A DNA stretch of 64,000 bases, from positions 1-64,000 of IMG/VR virus record IMGVR_UViG_3300026292_000602; one strand, given 5' to 3'. A model generated the notes under the pieces. The model saw only the letters and a program-made list of their open reading frames with translations. It was not told the origin of the DNA and did no database searches. The stretch comes from a virus. The position numbers were made by a program, and so were the translations under genes. Below, in pieces: positions 1-10,178 of the stretch (the stretch's first letter is position 1; each line of letters begins with the position of its first letter).

Positions 1-1591
1 TGTTACGAGTATCTACTTCTTCACGTTTCTTTTTATCAGCATCTTTATTAGCTTCAGCGTCTTTTACCATTTTGTCGATTTCTTCTTCTGATAATCCGCC
101 ATCTGATTGTATTGTAATCTTTTGTTCTTTACCAGTACCTTTATCTTTAGCACTTACACTTACAATACCATTTGCGTCAATATCAAATGTTACTTCGATT
201 TGTGGCATACCTCTTGGTGCAGGAGCAATACCGTCTAGCATAAAATTACCTAATGCTTTATTGTCTGCGGCCATTTCTCTTTCACCTTGAGTTACTACAA
301 TGTTTACTCCTGATTGATTATCTTCAGCAGTTGAAAAGACTTGACTCTTATTAGTTGGAATCGTTGTATTCTTTTCAATTAGTTTAGTTGCAACTCCGCC
401 TAGTGTTTCAATACCAAGTGATAAAGGTGTAACGTCTAATAACAATACATCTTTAACATCACCTTGTAATACTCCACCTTGAATACCAGCACCTATGGCA
501 ACAACCTCATCTGGGTTAACGCCTTTGTGTGGTTCTTTGCCAAAGAAACTTTTTACTGTTTCTTCAACTTTAGGCATACGTGTCATACCACCTACTAGGA
601 TAACTTCATCAATATCACTTGCAGTAAGTTCTGCATCTTTAAGAGCAGTCTTACAAGGTGTAAGTGTTCTTTCAATCAAGTCTCCTACTAGAGCTTCAAA
701 CTTTGCTCTTGTAAGTTTTACGTTTAAGTGTTTAGGTCCAGATGCATCAGCAGTAACAAACGGCAAACTAATTTCTGTTTGTGTAGCAGATGATAGTTCA
801 CATTTTGCTTTTTCAGATGCTTCTTTAACACGTTGCATAGCAAGTTTATCTGTTCTTAAGTCCATGCCTGAGTCTTTCATAAACTCATCACAAACATAGT
901 TTACAAGAGTGTTATCAAAGTCTTCACCACCTAATGATGTATCACCATTAGTTGACTTAACTTCAAATACTCCTTCGCCGATTTCTAAGACAGAAACGTC
1001 AAACGTTCCACCACCTAAGTCATAAACTGCAACTGTGCCTGATTTCTTTTTATCTAAACCATATGCAAGTGCGGCCGCGGTTGGCTCGTTAACTATACGT
1101 TCAACTTCAAGTCCTGCAATTTTACCTGCGTCTTTTGTTGCTTGTCTTTGTGAATCGTTAAAGTATGCAGGTACAGTAATAATAGCTTTATCTACTTTAC
1201 TACCTAAATACTCTTCAGCAGTTTCTTTCATCTTCTGTAAAGTGAAAGCAGAGATTTGTGAAGGCGAATACTTTTCACCTTTTGCTTCTATCCAAGCATC
1301 TCCGTTGTCTGCTTTGATTATTTTGAATGGAGAAGTTTTCATGTCCTTTTGTACGGACTTATCATTAAACTTCTTACCTATTAGTCTTTTAACTGCAAAG
1401 ATAGTATTCTCTGGGTTAGTTACTGCTTGTCTTTTTGCCGCAACTCCTACTAGCTTTTCATCGCCAAAAGATACGATTGAAGGCGTTGTTCTAACTCCTT
1501 CACTATTTTCTATGACTTTAGCATCACCACCTTGCATTACTGAAACACAAGAATTAGTAGTACCTAAGTCAATACCAATTATTTTGCTCAT
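1..1591 (-). CDS. dnaK: Chaperone DnaK (Hsp70), 3' end runs off the window
   Basis: Not in the ORF track. Minus-strand translation from ATG 1591 reads [15 protein letters not shown]...VRTTPS, with [19 protein letters not shown] and DLGGGTFD motifs; AGGAGGAG SD. Confidence 0.97.
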   Translation of the reverse strand, partial: MSKIIGIDLGTTNSCVSVMQGGDAKVIENSEGVRTTPSIVSFGDEKLVGVAAKRQAVTNPENTIFAVKRLIGKKFNDKSVQKDMKTSPFKIIKADNGDAWIEAKGEKYSPSQISAFTLQKMKETAEEYLGSKVDKAIITVPAYFNDSQRQATKDAGKIAGLEVERIVNEPTAAALAYGLDKKKSGTVAVYDLGGGTFDVSVLEIGEGVFEVKSTNGDTSLGGEDFDNTLVNYVCDEFMKDSGMDLRTDKLAMQRVKEASEKAKCELSSATQTEISLPFVTADASGPKHLNVKLTRAKFEALVGDLIERTLTPCKTALKDAELTASDIDEVILVGGMTRMPKVEETVKSFFGKEPHKGVNPDEVVAIGAGIQGGVLQGDVKDVLLLDVTPLSLGIETLGGVATKLIEKNTTIPTNKSQVFSTAEDNQSGVNIVVTQGEREMAADNKALGNFMLDGIAPAPRGMPQIEVTFDIDANGIVSVSAKDKGTGKEQKITIQSDGGLSEEEIDKMVKDAEANKDADKKKREEVDTRN

Positions 1592-1650
1592 AGTTTTCTC
1601 CTCCTTATTAAGCAAAGAGTAGGGTGTGCATTACACACACCCTATCATTC
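1592..1650 (-). promoter_or_regulatory. ROSE-like RNA thermometer in the dnaK leader
   Basis: Upstream hairpin UAGGGUGUG/CACACCCUA, then CUCUUUGCUU-AAU-AAGGAGGAG with a bulged G opposite the SD. Confidence 0.7.
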
Positions 1651-1658
1651 TTTTTGTT

Positions 1659-2108
1659 TTATTTGATTTCAATAGTTTTAGGTTTTTTAGACTCTGGAAT
1701 TATTCTTTCCAAAGAAATTACCAATAAACCATCTTTCAACTCTGCACCTTTAACTTCTACGTCATCAGCAACTGAAAAAGACTTTGTAAAGTGTCTTTTA
1801 CTAATGCCTCTGTGTAGTACACCATCGTCTTGGGGTTTAGTACTAGAGTCAGTAATTGACTTAACAGTAATGATGTTATCTTCATACATTATGTCAATGT
1901 CTTTCTTATTGAATCCAGCTAACGCCAATTCAATATTGTAGGTGTAGTCACCTGTCTTTACAATATTGTATGGTGGAAAGTTAGATTGTACCATAGGTGA
2001 GTTGAAAACTTCGTTTTCAAACATTTTTTCGAATCTATCAAAGATAGGATCGAAACCTACTGTTACGGGTCTAAGTTGATTAAAAATTGATAGGGATTGT
2101 TTTGTCAT
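1659..2108 (-). CDS. Small heat shock protein Hsp20 (IbpA-like)
   Basis: FPPYNI, IELALAGF, HRGIS, GAELKDGLL motifs; start set at MTKQ (ATG 2108) after the AGGAG SD. Confidence 0.95.
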   Translation of the reverse strand: MTKQSLSIFNQLRPVTVGFDPIFDRFEKMFENEVFNSPMVQSNFPPYNIVKTGDYTYNIELALAGFNKKDIDIMYEDNIITVKSITDSSTKPQDDGVLHRGISKRHFTKSFSVADDVEVKGAELKDGLLVISLERIIPESKKPKTIEIK

Positions 2109-2170
2109 TGTTTTCTCCTTATTAAGCAAGTTAAAATTAAAGAACCCTATCAGGCATTCTTTAACATATT
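2109..2170 (-). promoter_or_regulatory. ROSE-like RNA thermometer in the hsp20 leader
   Basis: Hairpin UUAAAGAA/UUCUUUAA, then CUUGCUU-AAU-AAGGAG; TATAAATA promoter motif at 2173-2180. Confidence 0.75.
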
Positions 2171-2238
2171 AGTATTTATACTAACATACAAATTATATGC
2201 TAAAATAGGTCAAATATCAAGTATAAATCTAACCAAAT

Positions 2239-2793
2239 CTACCTAATATGGACAAAAAAGAAGTGATTTAAGCTATAACGACCTGATCCTTTAATAGGCT
2301 TTACTTCGTGTTGTACGAAGCTAGGAAACAGTATTAACGAGTTGTTTTTAAGATGTGGTACATAATTATAGTCAGAAAATGATAGTTGCCCACCTGTAAA
2401 TTGTTTTGGCTCTTTGAATAATAATGTTACTGCTGACAATACTCCTAGGTCAGGATGAAGGTCATAACTGCCATCTCCGTTATAGCAATTAAGTTGAGTA
2501 ACATCAAAGTTACACATCTTTAAATAATTTGAAAAGATGTTCTCTGACAAGTCTAGATCAAATATCTTTCTATTGTATCTTAGAATACTGCTTACGTATC
2601 TATCTTCTTTGTAGTGTTTATCTAAATGAACTGCGTTCATATTACTACTTTTAGGATCGCCATTGTCTTTTGTATCAGTGGCGTGTTGATTTAGATAATC
2701 TATTTCAGAAAATACACTAGGAAGTTCTGCGTCTTCAAAGAAATCGTCTATAATAGTGTGTACGAAAGGTTTCTGATGAGTACTAATCTGCAT
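2239..2793 (-). CDS. 2OG-Fe(II) oxygenase (P4H-like)
   Basis: HPD...GGQL...LFPS..HEV...R motif. Confidence 0.85.
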   Translation of the reverse strand: MQISTHQKPFVHTIIDDFFEDAELPSVFSEIDYLNQHATDTKDNGDPKSSNMNAVHLDKHYKEDRYVSSILRYNRKIFDLDLSENIFSNYLKMCNFDVTQLNCYNGDGSYDLHPDLGVLSAVTLLFKEPKQFTGGQLSFSDYNYVPHLKNNSLILFPSFVQHEVKPIKGSGRYSLNHFFFVHIR

Positions 2794-3832
2794 TGAACTG
2801 ATTGAATACTTGGTTAACCTGTTGTGTACATCTTACAAACGTTGTACACTTAGGCATATCTTTTAAACGTCTTGCACCAATGTAAGTACAAGCACTTCTA
2901 ACACCTCCAAGTATTTCAGTAATAGTTGCGTCGACAGGTCCTTTGTGTGGAATCTTAACTACTTTACCTTCAGCACCTCTGTATCCATCTTTTCTACGAC
3001 CATGTCTTTGCATAGCTTCATCTGAACTCATACCATAGAACGTAACTTTGCCATCTATAATTTCGCCTTCTGATTCGTCGTGTCCTGCTAACATACCACC
3101 TAGCATAACAAAGTGTGTACCTGCTCCAAAGGCTTTTGCAACATCACCTGGATATACACAACCACCATCAGCAATAATGTGTCCACCTATACCATTTGCG
3201 GCATCAACACATTCTATTACGCCTGACAGTTGTGGAACTCCTACACCAGTTTGTAATCTAGTTGTACATACTGAACCTGGTCCAATACCAACTTTAACAA
3301 TGTCTGCTCCACGTATAATAAGTTCTTCTGTCATCTCTGCGGTAACAACGTTACCAGCAATAATAGTTTTGTCTGGATAGTTATCTCTCATTCGAGCAAT
3401 AAAGTCTCCGAAGTTTTCATGATAAGCATTTGCAACATCAACAGTAATAAATTTAATATCTGGAAATGCTTCTAATACTCTTACCATAGTGTTATAATCT
3501 TTAGCATCTTTATCCCAGATATAACCTGTACCTGTGCATACACTAAGGTACTTCATTTTAATTCCTTGCGACTTTTGTTCCCAGTCTTCAAATGAATTGT
3601 GCTTACCTATTACAGTTAGCATCTTATGATCTTGTAATACTTTAGCCATACTAAATGTACCAACTCCGTCCATATTACTTGACATAATAGGAACACCAGT
3701 CCAGTGATTGCCACTATTGTGGAATTGGAAAGTTCTAATAAGATCAACATCTCTTCGACTTTCTAATTTAGATCTCTTCGGCTTGAATAAGACGTCTTTG
3801 TAGTCTAGTTTAATGTCATCTTCAATTCTCAT
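2783..3832 (-). CDS. guaC: GMP reductase
   Basis: [15 protein letters not shown] start, [24 protein letters not shown]. Confidence 0.95.
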   Translation of the reverse strand: MRIEDDIKLDYKDVLFKPKRSKLESRRDVDLIRTFQFHNSGNHWTGVPIMSSNMDGVGTFSMAKVLQDHKMLTVIGKHNSFEDWEQKSQGIKMKYLSVCTGTGYIWDKDAKDYNTMVRVLEAFPDIKFITVDVANAYHENFGDFIARMRDNYPDKTIIAGNVVTAEMTEELIIRGADIVKVGIGPGSVCTTRLQTGVGVPQLSGVIECVDAANGIGGHIIADGGCVYPGDVAKAFGAGTHFVMLGGMLAGHDESEGEIIDGKVTFYGMSSDEAMQRHGRRKDGYRGAEGKVVKIPHKGPVDATITEILGGVRSACTYIGARRLKDMPKCTTFVRCTQQVNQVFNQFNAD

Positions 3833-4431
3833 TATTTCGCTCCATAGTTAAATGATATTGCTATACGTTCTGCATCCGACCTATTTTGTTTTACGGCGTG
3901 TTTTACCCAAGCTGGGAAAATAACAAGCATACCTGGCTTAGGCGGATACGTAGCCATAGTACTTGTAATAGTATTGTATGAACTTAAATTATCTGGAATA
4001 TAATATTGTGCATCGTCATCTCTATAAAATTGTAAGTCGCCCATATTCTCTGTTGGAACGTCTATATAAAATACTCCACTTAATAAAGCATCTTGATGAT
4101 TATGTAAAGTATGATATGCTCCTGGTGGATTAATATTAATCCAGAAGTTTTGTAACTTCAGCGGAGGAAACCCTACATTGTTTCTAACAGTATCAATAGC
4201 TTTATCAAATTCGATAACCATTTGATTGAAGATAGGTTGTATCTCTGGCGGTAGTAAATCTATATTTTCAATACTACGACTATGCCAACCACCTTCATTA
4301 CTGTTACCAGCAAGTTCAGGTTCTTTATTTTTCCAAGCCTGTGCAATTTGTTTTATAGCACCACGATTAATGTCTTCGTTAATACCTGCAAATACAATGC
4401 TAGGAAACCATAAATCCGCTTTCAGTTCCAT
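3832..4431 (-). CDS. TIGR02466-like 2OG-Fe(II) oxygenase
   Basis: WININ...HNH...LSGVFY...IFPAW.KH...RIAISFN. Confidence 0.85.
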   Translation of the reverse strand: MELKADLWFPSIVFAGINEDINRGAIKQIAQAWKNKEPELAGNSNEGGWHSRSIENIDLLPPEIQPIFNQMVIEFDKAIDTVRNNVGFPPLKLQNFWININPPGAYHTLHNHQDALLSGVFYIDVPTENMGDLQFYRDDDAQYYIPDNLSSYNTITSTMATYPPKPGMLVIFPAWVKHAVKQNRSDAERIAISFNYGAK

Positions 4432-4434
4432 ATT

Positions 4435-4674
4435 CTAAAATCCATGCTCCATTAATCTTCTACGTTCTTCTTTTTTAGCACGAGCAATTCCGGCCGCTTT
4501 AGCCCTTGCTCTTTTTTCACTTGGCTTGGAGTAGTATTGTTTGTCTCTATACTCCTGCAAAATACCATCTTGTGCTACCTTCTTTTTAAATCTTCTTAAT
4601 GCTCCATTAAAGTCGTTCCCACGAACTTTAACAGTAAGCCCTTCTTTAGGCTTGTCCTTGTTGAATCTTGAGAT
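4435..4674 (-). CDS. rpsU: Ribosomal protein bS21 with apparent non-canonical ATC start
   Basis: Missing from the ORF track. Reads ...LTVKVRGNDFNGALRRFKKKVAQDGILQEYRDKQYYSKPSEKRARAK...; GAGGAG SD 7 nt before ATC; in-frame TAG just upstream. Confidence 0.9.
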   Translation of the reverse strand: MSRFNKDKPKEGLTVKVRGNDFNGALRRFKKKVAQDGILQEYRDKQYYSKPSEKRARAKAAGIARAKKEERRRLMEHGF

Positions 4675-5053
4675 TGTTCTTCTCCTCTACAATCGTTCTA
4701 ACATCATAAATCCTATGATTGTTAATTATATTATAAGGCATTTCCTCTTGATTTGTCAAGTAGTATGTTTTGTCAAAGTTTAAAAGATAACCTACTAGCC
4801 ATGCAAACTCATTGCGAGTAGCATCAACATCTAATATAATATTATCAACTTGATTTACGACATCCAGCAACCAAATACTATTCGGTGAATCATTCTGATC
4901 AAACAAATAAACATTTAAGTCTTTGCCAATTTGTTTTGCTAACTCATTAAACTGTTCTTTAATAACTTCGCTAGGGTTTACTAACAAGAAACTCTTATTG
5001 TCGTTAAACAGTTTATCAGGTGGCGTGATCAAATTGATTACTGGCTCTTTCAT
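4646..5053 (-). CDS. Hypothetical phage protein
   Basis: 135-aa ORF in operon context. Confidence 0.75.
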   Translation of the reverse strand: MKEPVINLITPPDKLFNDNKSFLLVNPSEVIKEQFNELAKQIGKDLNVYLFDQNDSPNSIWLLDVVNQVDNIILDVDATRNEFAWLVGYLLNFDKTYYLTNQEEMPYNIINNHRIYDVRTIVEEKNNLKIQQGQA

Positions 5054-5131
5054 ACTATTACTTATTTTCTTGAATCTTTTGCCAAATAGAGTCTTGGCTT
5101 TGTTCTTGGTTTTGGACGTAATTTTCGGATT

Positions 5132-6925
5132 CTATGACTGTTGTGAAGTCGGGTCTGAGTCTTCCGGATTTGTCTGAGCCCGGATTTGCTTGTTGCTTAC
5201 CTTTGTTATGTAATTGGTTCCCTTCACCGTTTTTTTTTGAGCTTCGTCTATTTGTTTAACTTCTTCGCCATAAAAGATTCTGTTGACTGTGTCAGGAAAC
5301 TCTTTATCTTTTGCTTTTTCTTTATCTTCTTTAGCAACTTCTTCTTCAGCCGCCTCTACCCATTTATTCCATTTTTCAATATCTTGTGCTTCTTCAATAA
5401 CATTATCTTCTTTTTCTAAAGCCTCTTGCATTTCTTCATCATCTGGAATTGAAGGTAAAACTTCTGCTACTTTAGGCTCTGGACGAGGTTCTAGCTCTTC
5501 TTCCATCTGTTCGCTTACAGTTTTTTCTTCTTCTTTAGCTTCTTCTTCTATTTCTTCAGCAACTTTTTCTAGGTCTTCTTCTAGTTCTTGCTTTGTTTCT
5601 TCTTCAACTTCTTCTATACGTTTTTCTACTTCACGTTCTACTTCTTCAGTATCTTCTTTTTCTTGTATAGCTTGATTATCAATCTTTTCCTGAATTACAG
5701 GGTGGGTATATGGTGTGTTATATGATTGTTGAATGTCTTCACCTTCCCAAGTATCTTTACCGCTTGGGGGGTCGTTAGGATTTTCTGGATCTGGATCGGA
5801 CTTTGGGGGCAACTTCGGGCCCTTGTCCTCTCTAACGTATTGGAATGTATATTGTGAAGCAATTAAAAGTAATACTGCTAATGGATCAAATACAAATATA
5901 ATTATTATAATAACCCAACGTACTGCTGACTCTAGTAAGTCTTGGTTTGCTTGTTCACCATATATAAACTCTGCAATATACTTAATAGGACCTACTTCAG
6001 CTTCAAGTTTTCTGTAAGTCTTTTCGTAAGCAAACTTCTCTTCTCTAACACCATCAATAATAGTTTGTTCTTTATCAATGAATGTTTCTAATTCTGTTAC
6101 ACGAGCATCTAAGTCTTCTGTTTTAGCATTAGCTTGACCACGTAAATCTTGTATTCTCTCTTGTATTGCTTTAATATCATCTGCATACTTGGCATCAACT
6201 TTAGCAAGTGCTTCATTTAAGGCCGCATTAATTTTCTTTATTTCTTTTTGGGCATTACTTGCCACACTTAATTCATTAGCTTTAGCTTGTGCTACTGCTT
6301 CATCAAACTTCGCACCGCCACCAAATGAACCTTCAAATCTATCTTTGGCCGCTTGTATATCTGCGTCTTTACGTTCTTTAGCTTGTATTAGTCTTTGGTT
6401 CTGTAATTCTATTTGTTTATCAAAGTCTATTCTTACATCATCTTTTTCAGATTTAATTAATATATTAATTTTGTCTAATTCTTTTTGTTCACGATCAATT
6501 AAGTTATCAACACGAATATCTTCACCACCTAATAGACGTTCCATTTCTAATGTCCAACGTTCTATTTTACCTTCGGATCGTGCCATCTTATCTTCGATGG
6601 TTTCAATAAGAGCGACTTGCTCTTGACTCATTGATGTTTGTTCTATGTGGGCTTTAGATAAAAAGCCAAAGATACCCATACTTGTAATAAACATTAATAC
6701 AAATACTGCTAGGGCAAGATAAGTTCTTAACCACCAGGTTGCTCGTTGCCAATGTCTATGGAGCCATACTGCCGTGACTAGTTTACCGACTTCTAATGAT
6801 ACACCCATTATTATAATAGGTATAACAGCCGCCGCGAAAATTGCCGCCAATCCAGCGACCGAATAGTATATAGCTACCGCACTAATCGTTAATGCAGATA
6901 GAAATGTTAGTATTCCTAGTAACAT
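5132..6925 (-). CDS. Membrane-anchored coiled-coil protein with acidic tail; likely -1 frameshift extension to 5058
   Basis: N-terminal TM helices, long heptad region, further TM segment, E-rich tail; A9 run at 5230-5238. Confidence 0.8.
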   Translation of the reverse strand: MLLGILTFLSALTISAVAIYYSVAGLAAIFAAAVIPIIIMGVSLEVGKLVTAVWLHRHWQRATWWLRTYLALAVFVLMFITSMGIFGFLSKAHIEQTSMSQEQVALIETIEDKMARSEGKIERWTLEMERLLGGEDIRVDNLIDREQKELDKINILIKSEKDDVRIDFDKQIELQNQRLIQAKERKDADIQAAKDRFEGSFGGGAKFDEAVAQAKANELSVASNAQKEIKKINAALNEALAKVDAKYADDIKAIQERIQDLRGQANAKTEDLDARVTELETFIDKEQTIIDGVREEKFAYEKTYRKLEAEVGPIKYIAEFIYGEQANQDLLESAVRWVIIIIIFVFDPLAVLLLIASQYTFQYVREDKGPKLPPKSDPDPENPNDPPSGKDTWEGEDIQQSYNTPYTHPVIQEKIDNQAIQEKEDTEEVEREVEKRIEEVEEETKQELEEDLEKVAEEIEEEAKEEEKTVSEQMEEELEPRPEPKVAEVLPSIPDDEEMQEALEKEDNVIEEAQDIEKWNKWVEAAEEEVAKEDKEKAKDKEFPDTVNRIFYGEEVKQIDEAQKKTVKGTNYITKVSNKQIRAQTNPEDSDPTSQQS

Positions 6926-7001
6926 ACTGCTCCCTCTGTATTCTTTGTATAACATATTTAGCCTAATTTCTCCTTCTTCAGAAAATAGTTTAACAGTTAA
7001 A

Positions 7002-7445
7002 CTATCTTATAAAACGCCAACCATCATGGCCAGATTCTTTACAAGCGGTCTCTTTAAAGTGTCTTAATTTACCTTTGTAATTTAGTTTACTTAAAACTAC
7101 TCTACAATAACCACTTCCCATTGGATAGGTACTTGCAACAATTACCTCTCCGTTTGTTCCTGTATCATTGTTGTACCAACTAGTAGATTGTCCATTCTCA
7201 GCATTGTCTAGTGAGAAGTACATAGCTTGTTCTTGTTTCATTCTATCTGGTGCTGGTAATCTGTACCAATGCCATTTAGTTAAGTTAACAATAACACCTA
7301 CATAGCCGTTGCTAGGTTGATATGAAGATTGTACACTAGAGTTTGCAGTATCGCTAGTGTTGTACGTCTGTACTCCACTTGTTGAGCTACAAGCACCTAA
7401 TAGACTAATAAGGGCTAGTAACAATATACCATTTACTACTCTCAT
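7002..7445 (-). CDS. Lipoprotein, 17-kDa surface antigen (RT0821)-like C-terminal domain
   Basis: Lipobox LLGAC; LDNAENG..W.N..TG...YCR...AC...W pattern. Confidence 0.65.
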   Translation of the reverse strand: MRVVNGILLLALISLLGACSSTSGVQTYNTSDTANSSVQSSYQPSNGYVGVIVNLTKWHWYRLPAPDRMKQEQAMYFSLDNAENGQSTSWYNNDTGTNGEVIVASTYPMGSGYCRVVLSKLNYKGKLRHFKETACKESGHDGWRFIR

Positions 7446-7749
7446 AATCCTTCCCTTCAAATAGACAAGCATAGCCTTTTCTGTCAACCATCTTGCCACC
7501 TATGTTTATACTATACCAATGCTCACGACATTGTTTGCCCATACCCATTTTCGGGGGTAAGAGCTTTTTTACAGGATTGTCTGTGCATTTGGTGATTTGT
7601 TTACTATTTGTACTACCGTTAGTATCAGTAATAGTTTTTTCTGTATCACAATACTGGTGACCGCTTTCTTCTAGTGTTAGCTTATTACCCGTAGCACTAC
7701 AGGCGGTACATAGTAATACCAGAGCTAGTGTGTATAGAAGATTTTTCAT
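7405..7749 (-). CDS. Lipoprotein, hypothetical
   Basis: Signal peptide with CTAC lipobox. Confidence 0.7.
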   Translation of the reverse strand: MKNLLYTLALVLLCTACSATGNKLTLEESGHQYCDTEKTITDTNGSTNSKQITKCTDNPVKKLLPPKMGMGKQCREHWYSINIGGKMVDRKGYACLFEGKDYESSKWYIVTSPY

Positions 7750-7758
7750 TGCGAACTC

Positions 7759-8322
7759 CTAGTCGATTTGTTTAGCAGATTTATTGATTGAGTTAGTGTC
7801 TACTTTTACATTAGACGACCTAACAGCCACCGCTTCTGCGACTAATTGGTCTACTATCTCTTTATCAATCTTCACCATAATGAAGTGGTAATACTTGCCA
7901 TTTCTTTTATACAAGTAACCTTCATTTGAAGAATAGTGTCTTACTACTGTATCTGTGATTTTATTAACAACTAATACTTGAGATTGAGTAGTAGATACCA
8001 TTCCTTCTTCAGTACCACTATCGTTATACTCAATAGTTGTTCTCTTATTTACTGCACCATTAATTCTGTCAGCAATTTTAGTTTTCGCTAACTGTATGGC
8101 TTTGTCATAAGCGGCTTCTTTAAATCCACTTACTCCACTACCACAAGCATAGTAGTAATCTTTAGACCACCAAAACCAACCTTCGGTTCCAGTATCTTTA
8201 CACTTCATATACCAATTTGGTACTACGTCGTTTTGTTTTTCTACGACGGTCGTCATTGTTGAACAAGCTGATACTGTGATTGCTAATGCACCAACAAGTA
8301 ACAGATTTTTAATGCCTTTCAT
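7759..8322 (-). CDS. LPP20-like lipoprotein
   Basis: Lipobox VSAC; VPNWY...G.G.S....A..KA...AK..IA pattern. Confidence 0.7.
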   Translation of the reverse strand: MKGIKNLLLVGALAITVSACSTMTTVVEKQNDVVPNWYMKCKDTGTEGWFWWSKDYYYACGSGVSGFKEAAYDKAIQLAKTKIADRINGAVNKRTTIEYNDSGTEEGMVSTTQSQVLVVNKITDTVVRHYSSNEGYLYKRNGKYYHFIMVKIDKEIVDQLVAEAVAVRSSNVKVDTNSINKSAKQID

Positions 8323-8405
8323 TTAAGCCTCCGTAAGTTTTTGTTCATTATGTATATACTATAACACCGAATGTGGCTAGAGTCAACCTTTATTTTGCCA
8401 AAAAG

Positions 8406-8867
8406 TTAATTTCTTCGCATTGTTGCGATTTCGGTTGCTTGTTTTGATCCTGTCTTATCATCGTCATCTGCAAAAATTGGAACCATATTTGATTTGTGCA
8501 TAGTTGCTATGCCAACCAATCTACGTTCTCCTGTGTATTGCATTGGTTCTCTTTTGAGTGCAGGTTCAAAACCTTTCTTGCTAGTATGTGATTTGATATG
8601 TTCTTTTGGACGTTCAAAGGACTTGCCCGATTGGTGCCATGGTTCCGATATAACTCTTTGCTCTCTATTTTTTGGTTTGTAATTACCTTGACAATAATTA
8701 ATATATTCTTTTATATTCATTACAAGGTTATGACAACCAATTCGTTTCATTTCTTTATTATGCTTTCTCATATTAACTTCATATTTGGATAGCATACTTA
8801 AAGTTACTTTTTTCTTTTTACGTTTTTTGGTATTAAGAGTAGTTAGACCCTGTGCTAAATGAAACAT
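8406..8867 (-). CDS. Conserved hypothetical phage protein (GIATMHKSN motif)
   Basis: C-terminal YTG..LVGIATMHKSNMVP motif typical of T4-like phage ORFs. Confidence 0.7.
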   Translation of the reverse strand: MFHLAQGLTTLNTKKRKKKKVTLSMLSKYEVNMRKHNKEMKRIGCHNLVMNIKEYINYCQGNYKPKNREQRVISEPWHQSGKSFERPKEHIKSHTSKKGFEPALKREPMQYTGERRLVGIATMHKSNMVPIFADDDDKTGSKQATEIATMRRN

Positions 8868-8868
8868 A

Positions 8869-9276
8869 TTAAGTTATCCCGTGTTGTGACCAACGATACC
8901 AATATGGTTTTTGGTTAATACGTTGTTGTATGCGTTCTCTAATAATAGTAATGTCTTGATCTTTAGGTGTCCAATCCTTGTATAACTCATTAGGCCATTG
9001 TTCTGTTTTGAATTTACGAGTAGGATCAGGCTTCATACCTCTACGTTTCATTTCTGCAATAAGCTCTTTGTATCTTTTATGTAGATACTTGCCTTTATTA
9101 TAAAAGAACTTGACGTGTCCTTTGTTTAGTGTGAATTCTTTTGGAATGTCCGTTAATCCGTTTTTGGATTTTAATGATCGTTGTAATGCAGGGCCGACCA
9201 TAAAGATCTCTCTGTATTCTGCAACCAAGTGTTGATCTGACAAATCACCTGGGTCAACTAAATTAATCCTAGTCAT
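8869..9276 (-). CDS. denV: Pyrimidine dimer DNA glycosylase (T4 endonuclease V)
   Basis: MTRINLV...LSDQHLVAEYRE...GHVKFFYNK. Confidence 0.95.
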   Translation of the reverse strand: MTRINLVDPGDLSDQHLVAEYREIFMVGPALQRSLKSKNGLTDIPKEFTLNKGHVKFFYNKGKYLHKRYKELIAEMKRRGMKPDPTRKFKTEQWPNELYKDWTPKDQDITIIRERIQQRINQKPYWYRWSQHGIT

Positions 9277-9277
9277 G

Positions 9278-9427
9278 TTACCTACCTATAAGAAATGGTA
9301 TAGCTACAAAAAATGCACCAAAAGTAAGGGCAGTATCATACCATTCATGATCTAATGGCATTGATGTCGTCCAACCTAATAATACAACTCCAGTTAATAA
9401 AGATATTATTCCGAGAAATAGTTCCAT
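9278..9427 (-). CDS. Small two-TM membrane protein (49 aa)
   Basis: Manual translation MELFLGIISLLTGVVLLGW...FFVAIPFLIGR. Confidence 0.6.
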   Translation of the reverse strand: MELFLGIISLLTGVVLLGWTTSMPLDHEWYDTALTFGAFFVAIPFLIGR

Positions 9428-9477
9428 TGTTTTAAATATAACATAGTACCTAGTACTTTGTCAACTAAAATGGTAAA

Positions 9478-9741
9478 CTAAATTTGCAACCCCTTGATAG
9501 CTTTTGGACGGCCTAGCTCTAGTTGTTCTTTTAAACTTTCTTCGGGAACGCAGAACACATTCTCGATTGGTCTTCTGCCATAGTGTTCAGCAGTTTCCAT
9601 TATGATTGGACCAGGATTTGTCATAGCCCATTCTTTACATTCTTCGACGGTTTCAAATACAGGGTCAGTGAAAACGTATAAATCTCTTCCTCCGGTTTCA
9701 GTAACACCTACCATCAACACGACGACAAGTATTTTTAACAT
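9478..9741 (-). CDS. Hypothetical protein
   Basis: ORF abutting the nuclease gene. Confidence 0.65.
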   Translation of the reverse strand: MLKILVVVLMVGVTETGGRDLYVFTDPVFETVEECKEWAMTNPGPIIMETAEHYGRRPIENVFCVPEESLKEQLELGRPKAIKGLQI

Positions 9742-10173
9742 TTAAACAGTAACCTTTCCTTCTTTAATTAGGCGTTCTCTATTACTTAAATGTTTCTTTG
9801 CTACTTCGTCTTTATTCTGGCCATGATAAGCAACACCATAACCATCAGTGATCATTTGTTTAGTAAGTTTCTTACCATCGATAATAAAGTCGCCAAGTAT
9901 GCGACCAAACTTACCTTTCTTATCCTCGCCACTTCTATCTATTTCTGTTTTAAGGACTTGACTTGAACCAACTGGCATAACATCTTTAACATATTTCTTA
10001 GATGCTAAACCAAATTTTTTTTCTACTTTATCTCTTGTTCTAGATTCTGGAGTATCAATCCCCATCATTCGAACACGTTCTTTTTTCATCCATACACCAA
10101 AGCCCAAGTCAATGTCCACATCAACTGTATCTCCGTCTACAACTCTAAGAACTTTACATCTGTACTCGTACAT
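9742..10173 (-). CDS. Thermonuclease (SNase family)
   Basis: VVDGDT, R..GIDTPE, GKFGRILG. Confidence 0.92.
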   Translation of the reverse strand: MYEYRCKVLRVVDGDTVDVDIDLGFGVWMKKERVRMMGIDTPESRTRDKVEKKFGLASKKYVKDVMPVGSSQVLKTEIDRSGEDKKGKFGRILGDFIIDGKKLTKQMITDGYGVAYHGQNKDEVAKKHLSNRERLIKEGKVTV

Positions 10174-10178
10174 TCTTA

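Noticed and set aside
72-1941. Plus-strand ORFs over dnaK and hsp20, and similar antisense ORFs elsewhere (e.g. 3048, 5283, 6189, 24409, 44093)
   Set aside because: Shadow frames opposite well-supported genes; no SD and no recognisable motifs
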